Shown: one piece after another, positions 22,073-35,374 of the stretch
Layout: the number at the start of each line of letters is the position of its first letter
Position numbering within the stretch: position 1 is the first letter of the stretch
Assembly: GCA_036785375.1 (NCBI GenBank)
Contig: JAWMAR010000049.1
Span: 5,270,001 to 5,334,000 of the forward strand
Origin: Leucoraja ocellata
Lineage: Eukaryota
DNA: 64,000 bases
Direction of reading: 5' to 3'
Position numbers and translations under genes: made by a program
Notes under the pieces: model-generated
Told to the model about the DNA's origin: nothing
The model's database searches: none
The model's input: only the letters and a program-made list of their open reading frames with translations

Positions 22073-24959
22073 GTAGGTGTAAGAGTTTAAATATCTGGGG
22101 CATCCTTCTCAAATAACCGAGATTGTGATTGTTCTTGATAAAGTAGTTGATAATATTTAATTATTTCTTGATCTGTGGAGTCTTGAGTTTTGTCATTTCT
22201 TTGTATGCATCTGTTGCATCTTCAGTGTCTTTGTAATTTGGCATCTTCTGAATTACTTAATGAACAGTTGGCTTAAGGGAATAGATGCAATGTCTTAATT
22301 TTGTTTAGGTGTATATAAAACCAAAGAAATCTAAGCAAATCATTTTATTCCTAATAATTTTGTATAACCGAACTCCTTAAACTCCACTCTGATTTGACAA
22401 ATGAAAATGTTGTCCTTTTTATAGCAAATTTTGTTCATCTTAAAAATAAACAAATATTAAGCTAAAACCATGGATTCAAATCTGTTTCTTGTGTCCAGAA
22501 AAATGTTATAATTTGAGCTGTACAGATTAATATTGACTTGAGTTTGTAATTCTTTAGCTCAATTTGAAACAAATGGTTATCAAGCATTTATAAGTAAATA
22601 TTCCAGTTAAACACATGAAGGAAATATTAATCTTCTAGAGAGAATACACTTATTAGTTGAACATAATCTTGGGAAACTACGTACCGGAATAGATGACAAG
22701 GTTACATTCCAGTGAACTTGAACTTATTCTACTGGAATGTGACCACTTTTAAAATATTTCCATTTACATTGGTTAATAGTTTAAGTTTGTTAATGAGATG
22801 GGCACAAAGTGAGTCAGCCCATGTATCATGTTAAATTTCAGAATTATTACAGCTTAGTTTAAAATGAATTTGTAGTTCATCAGATTTCAAATTAAAGTAT
22901 GAAAATTATTTTAAATGTGTTCTAAAATTACATCCGTCATTTTTATATTAATCTAAAAAAAAAACTTGTTTTTACATGCATGTTTTCAACGTCACTGAAA
23001 AACATTTTACAAATAGGAAGGCCAGTCTGGCCCTTTTGGAAGTTTTTAATTACTTCTGTAAAACTAAATTGCATTTAAATTGATGACAAGTAATTATTAT
23101 GACAGTGTTGAAATTAAGAGGAATAATTAAATGGAGTTTTTTGTGTGTTTATAAATGTATGATTTGTTTGATTAAAAATTGAGCATCACTTTGCTATTGG
23201 AAAGCTGGGATTTCCTGCACTTTTAATCCAATCGCTGTCTGCAAGGAATTGTTTATTTTCTCTTTTTAACTGCACTTTTTTTTTTTAAAAAGCAAACTTG
23301 CTGCAGTTTTTTAAATTGGAATGTGAATAAAAGTATTATTCAGAAAATATATTGCACATTAAGCTTTAAGCAACCTTGCCAAAAGTAGTGAATTGTTCTG
23401 CAAAGTTGAATCACCTTTGCTACAAGTGGTTAATGCTTTTAGGAATATTGGATTGTCAGCTAACTACAAAGTAGAAAATCAGAACTTCCCCTCTAAATAA
23501 TTCATGCTGCCTTGTTTTAACCTCCTCTAAAGATGAAACAGACTTGAGTTTTATTGAAATTGGGATCATTTTATGGACCAGAGAAAATGCAACTTTGTAT
23601 TAAAACCATTTTTACAACAATGCAATAAAATGTCTTGGATAACATGCAATTATTTAAAAGATTGCGACTCATGTGGTAACCATATCATAGTTTCTTCCAT
23701 TGTCTTGTTCAATCTTACAAATAAGTCAACGTGACTTACCACTAATATGAAACATCAATGCTGAATATCAAAGTTGCATAAATCTGTTCTAATCTGTTTG
23801 CCGTCATGATTCCAACTTATTTGAAACTCTTCTTCAATTGCAACAAAAATAGAAATTATGCATTCATTTTTTAATTAATTCATCCTTGAACATTTTTAAG
23901 AAAGTTGCTCCCCAGGACCAATTGAAGACTTTAGCATTTGGAGCTTTCTATGAAACAAATGGTGGTAAACTGCTATATTTACCCACGAAATTCAGTAAGG
24001 AAAATGTTCTAGGGTTCTTCGTATGTACTGTTCCCTCGTGTATTTAAACATTTTGTATTGCCCATTTAAATGTGTATATACAGCTCTTTCATGTACTGGT
24101 GTAAACGTCTGGGAAAAGATTGCTACATAATTAAAACATATAGACCACAATAATTTTAGTTCATTGTATGAAATCAGACTGTAATGTCATTTTTTTTTGT
24201 ATTGTGCAATTTTTGAAAAAAAATAAAGTCACTGAAAATGCTCAAGACTTGGAATTTTATTTGTTGAGTTCTTTTCAATTAAATCAGGATTAGTCAAATT
24301 AACTAGTCAAATTCAGAAGCCAGGGAGAATTTAGTCAAAACTTGGTCTTCGAAGGTTCCGAAGTTAGCACGGGGATTGCAAGAGTACAACTAGAAACTAC
24401 AACCTGTTTGTAATCTCTTTGCTTTACGTTTGTATTTATCGAAAGTGAAAATGCATATTTTGATTAATTAATGTTTATGAGGTGGACAGGGATGAGCAAA
24501 ACTTTTTGAATGTCAGAATAACCAATGTTAGTCCCCAGGGATCTGTGTTGGACTCTTCGTTTGACTTGGTGATAGTTTGTTTATACAGCCAAGTAATGCT
24601 ATTTCAACTTGAAAATGCAGTTGGAAATTTTTAAGCTACCAGTGATTTGCTAAATATGTAATCTCAACGGGGAATCCTGCTGTTCATCTGAGGGTGGAAT
24701 GAACATTGTATTTTGGGTGTTTCCTTGGATTTGTAAAGTAGAAACATTTTAGGATGGGAGAGGAAATAGGCTGATATTATTTCACCTGGAAAAACGCAAT
24801 ACTGCAAATATTGGAAATCTAAAACATGTACAGAAAACACCGCATTAACAGTTAAAGTGGATAAGCCTTAACTAACTTTCTGCCTGCGCAAATACTGCCT
24901 GACCCCTTGTGTATTTCCAATATTGCCTATTTTAATTTTTCCTTTGGCTTTGTTGCTTA

Positions 24960-25400
24960 TATCAGCTTTGGCTCAGTTACTCGCATTCTTGCCTTACAAG
25001 TTAGAAGATGATCAGTTTAAATCCTTGTATCATTTGCACGTTGATGCTGGAATGCCATTTAAAAATAAGGGAGTGCTATAGTATTCCAGGTATCATTGAG
25101 ACATTGAACTGTACTGCATGGAGACGGACTCGTCAGCCCACCTTGTCCATGCCTACCAAGCTGGCATTCTGAGCTGGTCCCATTTGGCCCACATCCCCTC
25201 TATCCACATCTGTCCAAATGTATTTTGGAAGAGCCAGAGCTGTGCAGCATTTGTTCAAAGGCTAAACTAAGACCATTTCTGCCCCTGGGTTGATATGAAT
25301 GATCATGAGACAGTATTTCAAAGAGAAGGGGAATTTGCTGCGCTGTCCTGTCCAATGTTTTAATTCATCAGTCTACATCACCGAAATGCATTAACCTGGA
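24960..25400 (+). mobile_element. Ancient DeuSINE/SacSINE-like SINE with a CR1 tail inserted (~25100-25230)
   Basis: tRNA-like head GGCTCAGTT..GCATTCTTGCC..GTTTAAATCC and Deu-domain-like block CAGTATTTCAAAGAGAAGGGGAATTT..TGTCCTGTCCAATGTTT; recognised from memory and degenerate. Confidence 0.4.
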
Positions 25401-26299
25401 TTTTGCAGCAAATGCAATTACAAAAAATACCTGTGCCTGTGTAACTGATAGCATCTTCATTCTTTTTGAAAATGAACATAGAATTGAGGAAATTCTGTTG
25501 GTAACCTAATGTAGCTTCATGTATGTTATTTTTGGGTCCCTCCAGAGAAATTGATGCAAAGTCACCCGCTATATATGGATTTAGTCTTCTTATAAACTTT
25601 CCCTACTGAAATATCATGAAGAGCTTGCAATTAGTTACTTGCAATCTGTGGGATTTTAATTGGCAAACTACCTCACCCTAAAAAACATGAGATTTTAAAG
25701 TACTTGTGTAATTATTATGTCTTCATTTTCTAGTTTAATCTGCATTTGCTTGTCTCTTTAGCACCATGGAGTTAAAATGCTTATTGCTTTACTGTAGGAA
25801 ACATCTCTAATATGACTGGCTGTTCAGCCAGCTTGATGACATCAAAACTAGTGGATGCCAGAATTGGCACAATGTCAGTAAGTACCGCAGAGATTGCAAG
25901 GTCCTTGTCAGGAACGTATACTGTTGCAGAGATTGGAAGTGCTGTTGCTTCACTACTGACAACAATTCTGTGTCGGTGTCCCGTCATTAAATGTGGGTGT
26001 TTGTGAAAACTTGATTTTGGCTACTACATTTCCTGTTATTGCAGTAATGCTTATTACTTAGTCCTTTAAAAGGATTGCAAAATTATTCTGGTAAGTGCTA
26101 TGCATTAATGTTGGATACTCTTTCTGATTACTTGCTTTCAGACGTACCTGCTTTGGGAGTGAATGGTAGATGGAGGTAAAATACCTGTCGTGCTCAAAGT
26201 TGAATTCTAGCTGAGAATTTGGATGAGGATCAGTCTCTGAAATATTACTCTTTGTAGTGTACAATTCTTATGATAACTACATTGTACAACTTCAAAAAA

Positions 26300-27250
26300 G
26301 ATGATAAAGTCCTAGGGAAGCTTGGCAGGCGAGGCACCATCCATGGCGAGAAATGGTTAAATGATGTATCTAATCTGGACTCTTCTTCAGACTGAGAGAG
26401 TAGAGGGGAAAAAGGTGGTGAAGAAAGGTAAAATAAAGCAGTGAAGCAAAAACTAGAAAATGATGGGTGGGTATAAGTGAGGGGTGATTGGCAAGTGGGT
26501 CGAAACAATAACAAAGGCTAGAGGTGAAATGGAGATATAAGGATGCCGGATAAGGAAGGAAGTGAAGGAGTGAAATGTAAAGTGAGAGGACAGTGGATAG
26601 AAAGGGGTGGGGGTTGGTTTGAGGTGGGAGTGTGTTGAGGAGTGATAAATAAGGAAAATAAGAAATTCTGAGTGGAGGGGGTGGGGGAAGCACCTGGGGT
26701 AACGGGTAGAGGGAGAAAGGTGTGCGCACATTGGGTGGGGTGGGGTGGGGGGAGTGGTCAAAATGGTGGATAAGAACGAGGGGCCAGGAGCTTTACCTGA
26801 AATTGGAGAAATCAATATTCATGCCATATGGGGTTTAGGCTACCCAGGAGAAATATGAGGTGTTGTTTGTCCAATTTACACATGGCCTCATTGTGGCAAT
26901 GGAAGGAGAGTTAAAATGGCCTGCAACTGGGAGCTCCAGCTGGTCGTGGTTAACAGAGGGTAAATGTTTGGTGAAATGGTCATCTAGTCTGTGCTTTGTC
27001 TTACTGTTTTAGAGGATGCCACAACGGGAGCACCAAATGCCAGAGATGAGGTTGGAAGAGATGCCAGTAAAACTTTGCTGCACCTAGCAGGGTTGTTGGG
27101 ATCCCTGAATGGAGGCGAAAGGAGGTGTTGCATTAAGGGGAAATGCCCAGGAGGGAAATGGGTTAGGTAGGAAGGAATAAGCGAGCCAAGGGTTTACAGA
27201 GAGGGAGATCTCTGGAAAGGGGAGAGGATGGGAAGATGTAACTGGTGGAA
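26300..27250 (-). mobile_element. Degenerate Penelope-like element (GIY-YIG region and 3' end)
   Basis: Reverse complement of the 44820-45380 element (CTGAAATTGGAGAAATCAATATTCAT; GAGATGAGGTTGGAAGAG; GGATCCCTGAATGGAG) with decayed CTTCTTCAGAC hammerhead end. Confidence 0.7.
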
Positions 27251-28309
27251 TCACATTGACGGATGTACATTTAGTGGGCAAGATATTACTGAGACAATGT
27301 TTTCTATTTCCGAAACGCATTCTTGTGGCTTACCTGCAATCTCGCTCCAATGTGATAGTACATCTTGCCAGAACCAGTTATGAAGGACCTATTTTGAAGC
27401 GTCTGAACAGTAAAGCATCAGCTCAGTCAGCATTCTAAGCTGTATGTTGTTTAATGTTTTTCATGCTTGGCATTCAGAGTACTTAAAAATGATTAAAATT
27501 GAACTGTAATTAGATTTAATTACCAAATATTTAAGTAAAAACACATACAATGGTTAAAAATAAATGTTGAAAAGATTTTGGTAAGGAAAGGAAAATTGCT
27601 TTTTTTCATTCCCAAATACCAATAATCTTGTAATCAATGTCTTTTCCTACGCCAGGAAAAGTGGCATCCATGTGACCTTTTCCCCAGCCAAAATCAAGGT
27701 AATACAAGCAAAATAGAGCTATATCGTTAGCTTCCATTTTGAGTCAGTGGCAGACCATCAGCAGGTCTTGGCCTCCTGCTTTTGACAGCCCATACAAGCC
27801 CTGGACTCCAACTTAAAAGTAAATGCTTTTCTTGTATCTTTTCTCAGAGTCTGCAAGTTTTGATAAATATAAACAAAAATCATATTCTGCACCTTGTGCT
27901 GTAAAGATTTGAAAATTGTTTTCTGAGACACTTCTCTTCCATTTATGATGATACAAGATGAATGATCCCTTGTGATTTGTTACAAATGTGGTTCTCACAT
28001 TAACTCATTCCAGGAAATGCTAGCCAATATTTCACAAAGTACACTTATTCTCTTCATAAATCAAATAACCAAAAAAAACATATGCTAAAACAAGCCAGTT
28101 TGAAATTTAACTAATAGTAGTTTGGAAACTCTCATCCCTGGAATTTGAGGCGTAGTGAGAAGTATTTAATTGTTGTAGATATTTGTCATTTTAATTTGGC
28201 TTATTTTAATATATTCCAAGCATTGAACAGTTTAAGGATTAGGAGCTTTATTGCTAAATTTTCCAGACCTAAGGTTTCCTTTCCAAAATGATCATTCCCC
28301 TGTATTGGA

Positions 28310-28530
28310 GCTGCTGCCTTGACTATGGGTGCTGTCTGTTCAGAGTTTGGGTGTTCTGGTTTCCTCCCATACATCAAAGATGTACAGGATTGTGGTTAAT
28401 TGGCTTCAGTAAAAAAAATTGTATATTGCTCCTGTTGTGTAGGATAGTGTTAGGGTACGGTGTGATCTCTGGTCGGCGCAGATTCGGTGGGCCAAAGGCC
28501 TTATCCAGCGCTGTACCTCTAAAATCGATA
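28310..28530 (+). mobile_element. V-SINE fragment
   Basis: GGTTTCCTCCCATACATCAAAGATGT core and GGTGGGCCAAAGGCC..CTGTACCTCTAAAA tail. Confidence 0.65.
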
Positions 28531-31149
28531 GTATCCAATCTGTTACAGCCAGGTTTAAAATTAGCTGAAAAAGCAGCTTAAAACAAGGGAGTTTTTGACC
28601 AGGTTTTGATTGGGTATGATAGTTCACCATGTTAAACACTGCATATGCACACAAGTTTTAATAGTACCACAGCATATACCATATGCTGCTGGTTGTGAGG
28701 CTGAATGAATATTGGACTGCATTAATTCAAACCTAACAGCCAGTAAATTCTAATAAATTCTCAGGATCTGTGGGATGAGATTGCTGGGAATTTCCAAATT
28801 AATTTTATTTCATGAAGTAAACTTATCTGTAAGCATTGGTAAAGTCCATTAGCAAGCTACTTGATTGGTTGTATGGAGTGGAGTAGACAAAAAGTGGGAT
28901 AAACCTGTGAAGCAGATCAGTCTGCACCAGTTAGACCTAATGGTGCTATGTCAGTATTTACGCTTTCTGTGTTATTATGCATCATGTCAGGACAATATTA
29001 GAGTTTATAGATTTAGTAGAGTTCACTGCATGAAAGTTGATAGGTTCATTGTGCTTAATGAGGAATCGCTTCATAATTTTAGCGTAGCCGGGTGCCTGCT
29101 GCTGCTTGAAATTTAACATGGTAAAAATTGTGGTTATGTTATGTGTATTCTCATCTGATGACTGACTGATTTTAATAATTTATTTTAAAACATAATCTGC
29201 ATTTATTCGCATTCCATGATAGGGTTGCATACAGATGCATGGGCAGTCTGTTTTAGTGTAAAATCTTGCCACATGTTTTAATATTACTAAATTTCCAGGT
29301 TGATCCTCATTGTTATGATTAGACTGTTGATTGAAGATGAGACTCCAGCTATTTAGTACAGCATTTTCAAAGTTGAAATTCATTTGGAGACAATCTTCCA
29401 GAATGTAGTCGGTTTAAATTGAAAGCTGAAAGTGATTACTAAACCTTGAATTCGCTGACTTGTATTCATCAAATGCACCTGGGACAAATGAAGAACCATT
29501 CAACAGGATTGGAACTTGGATTTGAGCTCCTCAAAGATTGCTGTTAAATATAATATGTGCTGAGTCATCAGATCACAGATTTCATTTCTAGGACTCAACT
29601 TTAAAAACTATTATTAAAACCACAGGTTGGAACACTGATATTCTCCTTTAGTTGCTGATGTATATGGGTTAAAATCTGTTTATGTTTCCACTCTGGATTG
29701 TTTTCCAGTGATGATATTCCATTCATTTAAGTAACTTGTCAGCAGTCATTTGGATATAAAGAAAGGCAATTTGAACAAAGAATCTTAAAGAGTGAGCTGT
29801 TATCTGTAAGGCTGACAACATATTGGACTGCATTTCGAGACTTTCAGTCAGATTTGGAATGGTGTCTGCTATTTTCGGCACCACATCTTCCAAATGTTAA
29901 AGAGAGTGCAATCTGTTGCACAACTCCCATCCAGCTTTTATTATCCCACTACCATCTGGTTTTCATCATTCTACCTTCTGTACATTTGAGGTAATCCAAA
30001 ACATCACTCCATTTTCCAACTTAATGCCCAAGACATCCATCGCCCTATGCCCGTGGACTTGTATTGGCTTCCAGTTTAGCGATAGCTTTGATTTTTTAAT
30101 TCCTATCCTAGCTTTTGCATCATACTGTGGCCTCATCCCTTCCTAACTTTGAAACCCTCCATGAAATGTCAATTCGATTCCAATTTTTGTTGAAGGGAGT
30201 AGCAAATAGCTAACTATAATTTCCTGCAAATCTATTTCCCTAACTAAAATATGCGGGCTATATGATAGGGATGATTAATTGTCTTCTTGAGGGTAAAATA
30301 TCAAAGTACATAGGAGAAGCTCAAGTCTGCTTCCTACAATTTGTTTTGGCAATGACAACTTATTGAATACTAACCCATTGTTGTGAGCAATTTAATATTT
30401 TGAAAAATTACTCAAAAGATTACTCTGAAGAAAAATAATAAACCAAATTGTCTGTCCAAGTACTTACAAGAACTTGGCACATTTTTATGGGTTAGAGTTT
30501 GGACTAGAATTCCCAAACTGTTAAACACAATATATGGCTGACTTTACTGAGTACACATTTAATTTCCCAGTCTTAGCTGAGAATAGTTATTAGAACAGGG
30601 TGTTTAAGAGTGTCCTGTCCATAAGAAGCAAGACAAATCTAATCTGGTAAATTACTATTCCATTCATATACTTTAATTCATCAGCAAAGTGATGGTTGAT
30701 CAAAAGTGTTGCCAGCAGTGTTATTGAAATGTTTTTAATCCTCAATAACCTTCAGGAAAATTGAATATGTCCAGATTCAGCAATTCCATAAGAATTTGTT
30801 CAACGAGAGTCTATCATCACTTGCCAGTTCTAGTTGCTGGAATGTTTGATGGTGTTCTAAGTTAGCAAAAACTAGCTAGCAAGACAACCTAACAAGTAAT
30901 GATCCAGAGATTTGCTAATATGTAGAGATTATATCTAAATAGAGAAAGCTCTGTGTCAGAAGCGAGCTACTCAATTAACTGATGTGGCCTTAAGTTACCT
31001 TTTAGCCAGTATCAAGCAGCACCACCACCATCCATGGATATATTGCTTCCCACTAGCAGGATTGATCTACTGAGGTGTACACTTAAGCAGTACCACAATT
31101 AACAGATCAGATCAAAGCTGGAAAGGGACATATTCTAACCATACCCATC

Positions 31150-31530
31150 CTCAATAATGGTCGAGCAAGTGAGTAAAGAATGTGAGGTTGGAGGATTTGC
31201 ACCAATCTAGACCCAGAACTGGAGGAACTTCATCACTTTGGAACCCATACTTCCAATACAATTTGCTCCAAACTATATCAAGAAAAGGCTGACAACTGGA
31301 TGCAACTAAAACAATGGAAACTGCTGACATCCTTGCATTAGCAATTAATTCGTCCAAAACCAGCCATCTTTCCAGTCAAGCTGATATGGTGCAACTATAA
31401 TACTGACCTCTCCCTAATAATACGTTTGGGAATACTCTGTCCACAAAACAAGACAAATCCAATCTAGCCACTTAGCACTCCACTGATCCACTTTCAATCA
31501 TCAGTAAAGTATCATATGATGGAAAGTCAT
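31150..31530 (+). mobile_element. Old CR1-group LINE RT fragment
   Basis: Decayed HKxQDKSNxA..PLSIISKV-type motif near 31440-31525. Confidence 0.45.
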
Positions 31531-32673
31531 TAGCATTATTAAAATGCTTTTACTCACCAAAAACGTAAACTTTAATTCCTTAACATTAAGTAGGTAAGCC
31601 TCGCCACCTGAAAATTGTATTTTAAGGTATACGTCATTTTGGAAATATTGTTGTTCCTTAATTATTACTGGATCAAAATTCCTGAATACCATGCCTAAAA
31701 GTACAGGAAGCAAACGTGGTCAGCAGTGGTTCAAGAAGACCATAATCAACCTGCTTCTCAAAGCCAAAGATGTCCACTTCCCACAAATTGAAAAGACCAA
31801 CATTTATTTAATATTTATCTTGTTGACAATAGAACATATTTCTAAACAATTTTATAATGTTTCAGCTGTTTACAATAAGATAAAAGTGGTAACAGTAGAC
31901 CAAATACTTAAAAATGAGTGACCTGTACGTTGAAGTTGCAATTCTTTCCTTGTGATACTGCTTGAGACTTGAATGTTAAATTTCATTTCCAGGAAAAAAA
32001 TGAACTTTAAAAACGAATATTGTGCACAAAATATTTATCACCCAGCACAAATATATTTAATAACTAGAGTTTGTAGGTGGAGTAGGTACCTGCAATGTCT
32101 TTATCATATTTTCGTTCAAAAAATAATTTGAATTTTTTTTATAAAATAGTGTAATTCATTCAGTCTCTTGTACTGCTCCATTGTAAACAAATTAATGCTA
32201 ATTTTAATTCAATAAATATTCAAAAAAACTTCATCTATTTCTTGGAGCTTTTTTTCTTAAATGTCATAATTCAGTTTTTATTGCCTCAAGTTGGTAATAT
32301 TTTGTTGTGGTAATCCTTAGTATGTTCTTGCAATATGTTTTCCTTTGTTTGTGGAGTTTATGATGCTTGTTATTAAGTAGAATACATATTACAATTCATT
32401 AAACTTCTCTTTTGTTTAAGTGTTTAGTTTAATAAACGGTCTATGCAAAGACTCAACCAGTTTTAGATGTGAAGTGGAGATTTGTTTTCAGGCATTGTTA
32501 GCTTGGTTAATCATCAGGCTTTCTTGGTAAAATAATAATATAATTTACCCGTCAACATCCCTGCATCAGCTCTTTGCAATGATCCATTTCCCCACCATTT
32601 TTATTGTAGAGTATAGCCAAAGATGAATGAATTAAAAAAAATAAAAATTTAAGTGTACACCTGTCATGTAATA

Positions 32674-32844
32674 GACACAAAAAGCTGGAGTAACTCAGCG
32701 GGACAGGCAGCATCTCTGGAGAGAAGGAATGAATGACGTTTTGGGTCGAGACCCTTCTCTCCAGAGATGCTGCCTGTCCCGCTGAGTTTCTCCAGCTTTT
32801 TGTGTCTATCTTCCGTTTAAACCAGCATCTGCATTCCTTCTTAC
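32674..32844. mobile_element. Fold-back PLE-derived element with 17-bp TSD
   Basis: Near-perfect inverted arms; ACACCTGTCATGTAATA at 32657-32673 and 32845-32861. Confidence 0.85.
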
Positions 32845-32914
32845 ACACCTGTCATGTAATAAATCACAATGGGTATCTTTTAACAGTAATTCCTTTAAGT
32901 TCTGGTTTTTAAAT

Positions 32915-33165
32915 CAGAGTGGCACAGTGGTGGCACTGGTAGACATCCTGCCTCACAGCACCAGAGACTGGAGTTTGTTCGTGACCTTTGGTTCTGTCTG
33001 TGTGGAGTTTGTACGTTCTCCCTGTGACTGAGGGTTTTCTCTCGGTGCCTGCAAGTGTGTAGGAAGTGGATGAGAAAGTGCAATAACACAGAACTAGTGT
33101 GAACTTTTGATCAATGGTTTGCATGGACTCAGTGGGCCAAAGATGCTGCATCTCGCATATAAACA
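32915..33165 (+). mobile_element. V-SINE/HE1-like SINE
   Basis: GGCACAGTGGTGGCACTGGTAGA..GCCTCACAGCACCAGAGAC head; GGACTCAGTGGGCCAAAG tail. Confidence 0.7.
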
Positions 33166-33504
33166 AAATCTTTTTATGATCACATAATTAGAAACTTTTT
33201 TCTCAAACATATTCCATAGTGTTGTGCATTCAATAATTTGCAGGTGAGCAGTAATCTATTTTCCTTATAGCCTTATTTTTCCTTATAGCCTATTTTCCTA
33301 CAGCCTTATTTTCCAAATGTAGAGTACAAAGGGATGTAGACCAAAGGTGGGTAAGTACAGATGGACTGGGAGTTAGCAATGCTGACACTGGGTTGAATGG
33401 TTGTTTCCTTGTCCTTTTCCTTTATCCCTAGATAACCACTTTATTGTTATTTACCTGATGTGATCAAAGTATTTTGGAAGGCTGAACTAAATATGCTTTA
33501 CAAA

Positions 33505-33810
33505 AAGCACAAAGCTCTGGAGTAACTCATTGGGTCGGGTAGCATCTCTGGTGATAATTCGGGCCAGGACCCTTCTATGTCGGGACCCAAACAATCACTT
33601 AATCCATGTCCTCCAGAGATGCTGCCTGACCCACTGAGTTACTCTAGCGCTATGTGTTGGAAGGGTGAAGGTGAAGAAGGGTCTCGACCCGAAATGTCAC
33701 CCATTCCTTCTTTCCAGATGCTGCCTGTCCTGCTGAGTTACTTCAGCTTTTTGTGTCTATCTCCAGTGCTAATTTTTTTTATAAACCAGCATCTGCAGTT
33801 CCTGGTGTCA
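33505..33810. mobile_element. Cluster of inverted and tandem PLE short elements with a hammerhead remnant
   Basis: One minus arm then two plus arms; GTGAAGAAGGGTCTCGACCCGAAATGTCACC at ~33672. Confidence 0.7.
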
Positions 33811-33914
33811 ACTAAATATGTTTTAATGTATTTGCTTGAGATTGATTTAATCAAAATCTGTTGCATTCAATAGCTTTGTCATTTTATGATTGGGTTTGAT
33901 ATTGTTGAAGATGT

Positions 33915-34608
33915 AAGCTGGCAAAGGTGAAGCCCATTCTCGAGCGGCAGCATTTTGAAACAGTAATCCATGCCTTTATTTTATCTTGGCTGGATTACTG
34001 TAACGCGCTCTACTCTGGAGTCTCACGAGCTTCGTTGGCTCGTCTCCAGTTGGTCCAAAATGCTGCCGCTCGCCTTTTAACCGGAACTCGAAAGAGGGAG
34101 CACATTACGCCAATTTTGGCCTCCCTTCCCTGGCTCCCAGTGCACTTTCGAGTTCATTTAAAAATTCTTTTATTTGTTTTTAAATCATTGAATGGCCTCG
34201 CCCCGCCTTACCTCTCTGAGCTGCTCCACCTATATGCTCCTACCCGGTGCCTCAGGTCAGCGGATCAACTGCTCCTTGAGGTACCAAGGTCTAAGCGGAA
34301 GCTCAGAGGGGATAGAGCCTTTTCTGTTGCTGCCCCGGCACTCTGGAACACCTTGCCGCTGCAGATCAGACAGGCCCCTTCACTGTCCGTCTTTAAATCC
34401 TCCCTAAAAACTCACTTTTATTCACTGGCTGAGACATTGTTCCTGTTTTAGTGCTTTTAATGTCTTAATTTTTACTGTTTTTATAGTCCTGTCGTCTTAA
34501 TGGTTTTAGTAGTTTGTAATTAATTTTTGTTGACTTCCCATGTACAGCACTTTGTGGTAACTGATGTTGTCTAAAAGCGCTTTATAAATAAAGTTATTAT
34601 TATTATTT
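33915..34608 (+). mobile_element. L2-clade LINE 3' end, young, frame intact
   Basis: VIHAFI.S.LDYCNAL..LQLVQNAAARLL..HITPIL..WLPV.FR..LAPPYLSELL..GDRAFSVAAP.LWN.LP..FKS.LKT; tail TGTACAGCACTTTG..AATAAAG(TTA)n. Confidence 0.88.
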
Positions 34609-34919
34609 TCATGGAGGCTATCTGAATTTTGTATTGAATATATTCTTATTGTCATTTTTTTATTTTTTATTTTATTTAATTGTATAACATGACTTTCTGT
34701 CACTGACTTTTCTCTCCTGATTTATTTATTTATCTTATTTGTTTATTTATTTATTTATTTATTTTTTAACCCACCGCTCTCTTTATCTCCTCCACTCGGA
34801 GCAAAAAAAAAATTGACACTATTTGATAGAACTAGAATACCATATTTTGTTTTGATGTATTTTATCCACAGAAACTTAGTGTATGTTTAAAGGAAATTAT
34901 TTCTTTTTTTTTCCCCCAG

Positions 34920-34970
34920 GTCATAAGAGGTTTCTTTCAGCTACCAGAATTTCTTCAAGAACATCCAGAG
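34920..34970 (+). CDS. TPST1: TPST1 coding exon 4 (51 nt)
   Basis: Strong acceptor TTTTTTTTTCCCCCAG|, VIRGFFQLPEFLQEHPE (cf. mammalian VYKGEFQLPDFLKEKPQ), donor GAG|GTAGGT. Confidence 0.92.
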
Positions 34971-35374
34971 GTAGGTTTTATAATGTCTACTTGGGTTTTA
35001 ATAAGTTGGTTAAATGTGAAATGCCTGCAAACTTGTGCTGTTATGTACATTAAAATTTGTTGCAGAGTATCTGGGAATATAATTGATTGGGAAAATTGTT
35101 CAATTTGCAAACTTTAGTTTGGCCTCATTTGTCGTGTTGGTAAAATATCAAAATGTCTTGCTTGGAGAGTAATATTCACAGAACTTTTAGGTAACCAAGT
35201 GGATACTTGGGCATGTAAAAAAAAATGCATGTAAAAATAAGGGCACAACCTGGAAGTTGTGAAGACAATATAATCAAATCAATTGTGGGAAATTAATAAA
35301 AGTTGACATCAAATAAACTTGGTGGATAAAACAGTTATTATTACACTGGCAGGAAATCTACAAGTTGGGAGTAA

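Noticed and set aside
26245-26815. Pro/Leu/Ser-rich minus-strand ORFs
   Set aside because: Pyrimidine-rich 3' region of a decayed PLE
33255-33315. Three copies of TATTTTCCTTATAGCCT
   Set aside because: Ordinary short slippage duplication
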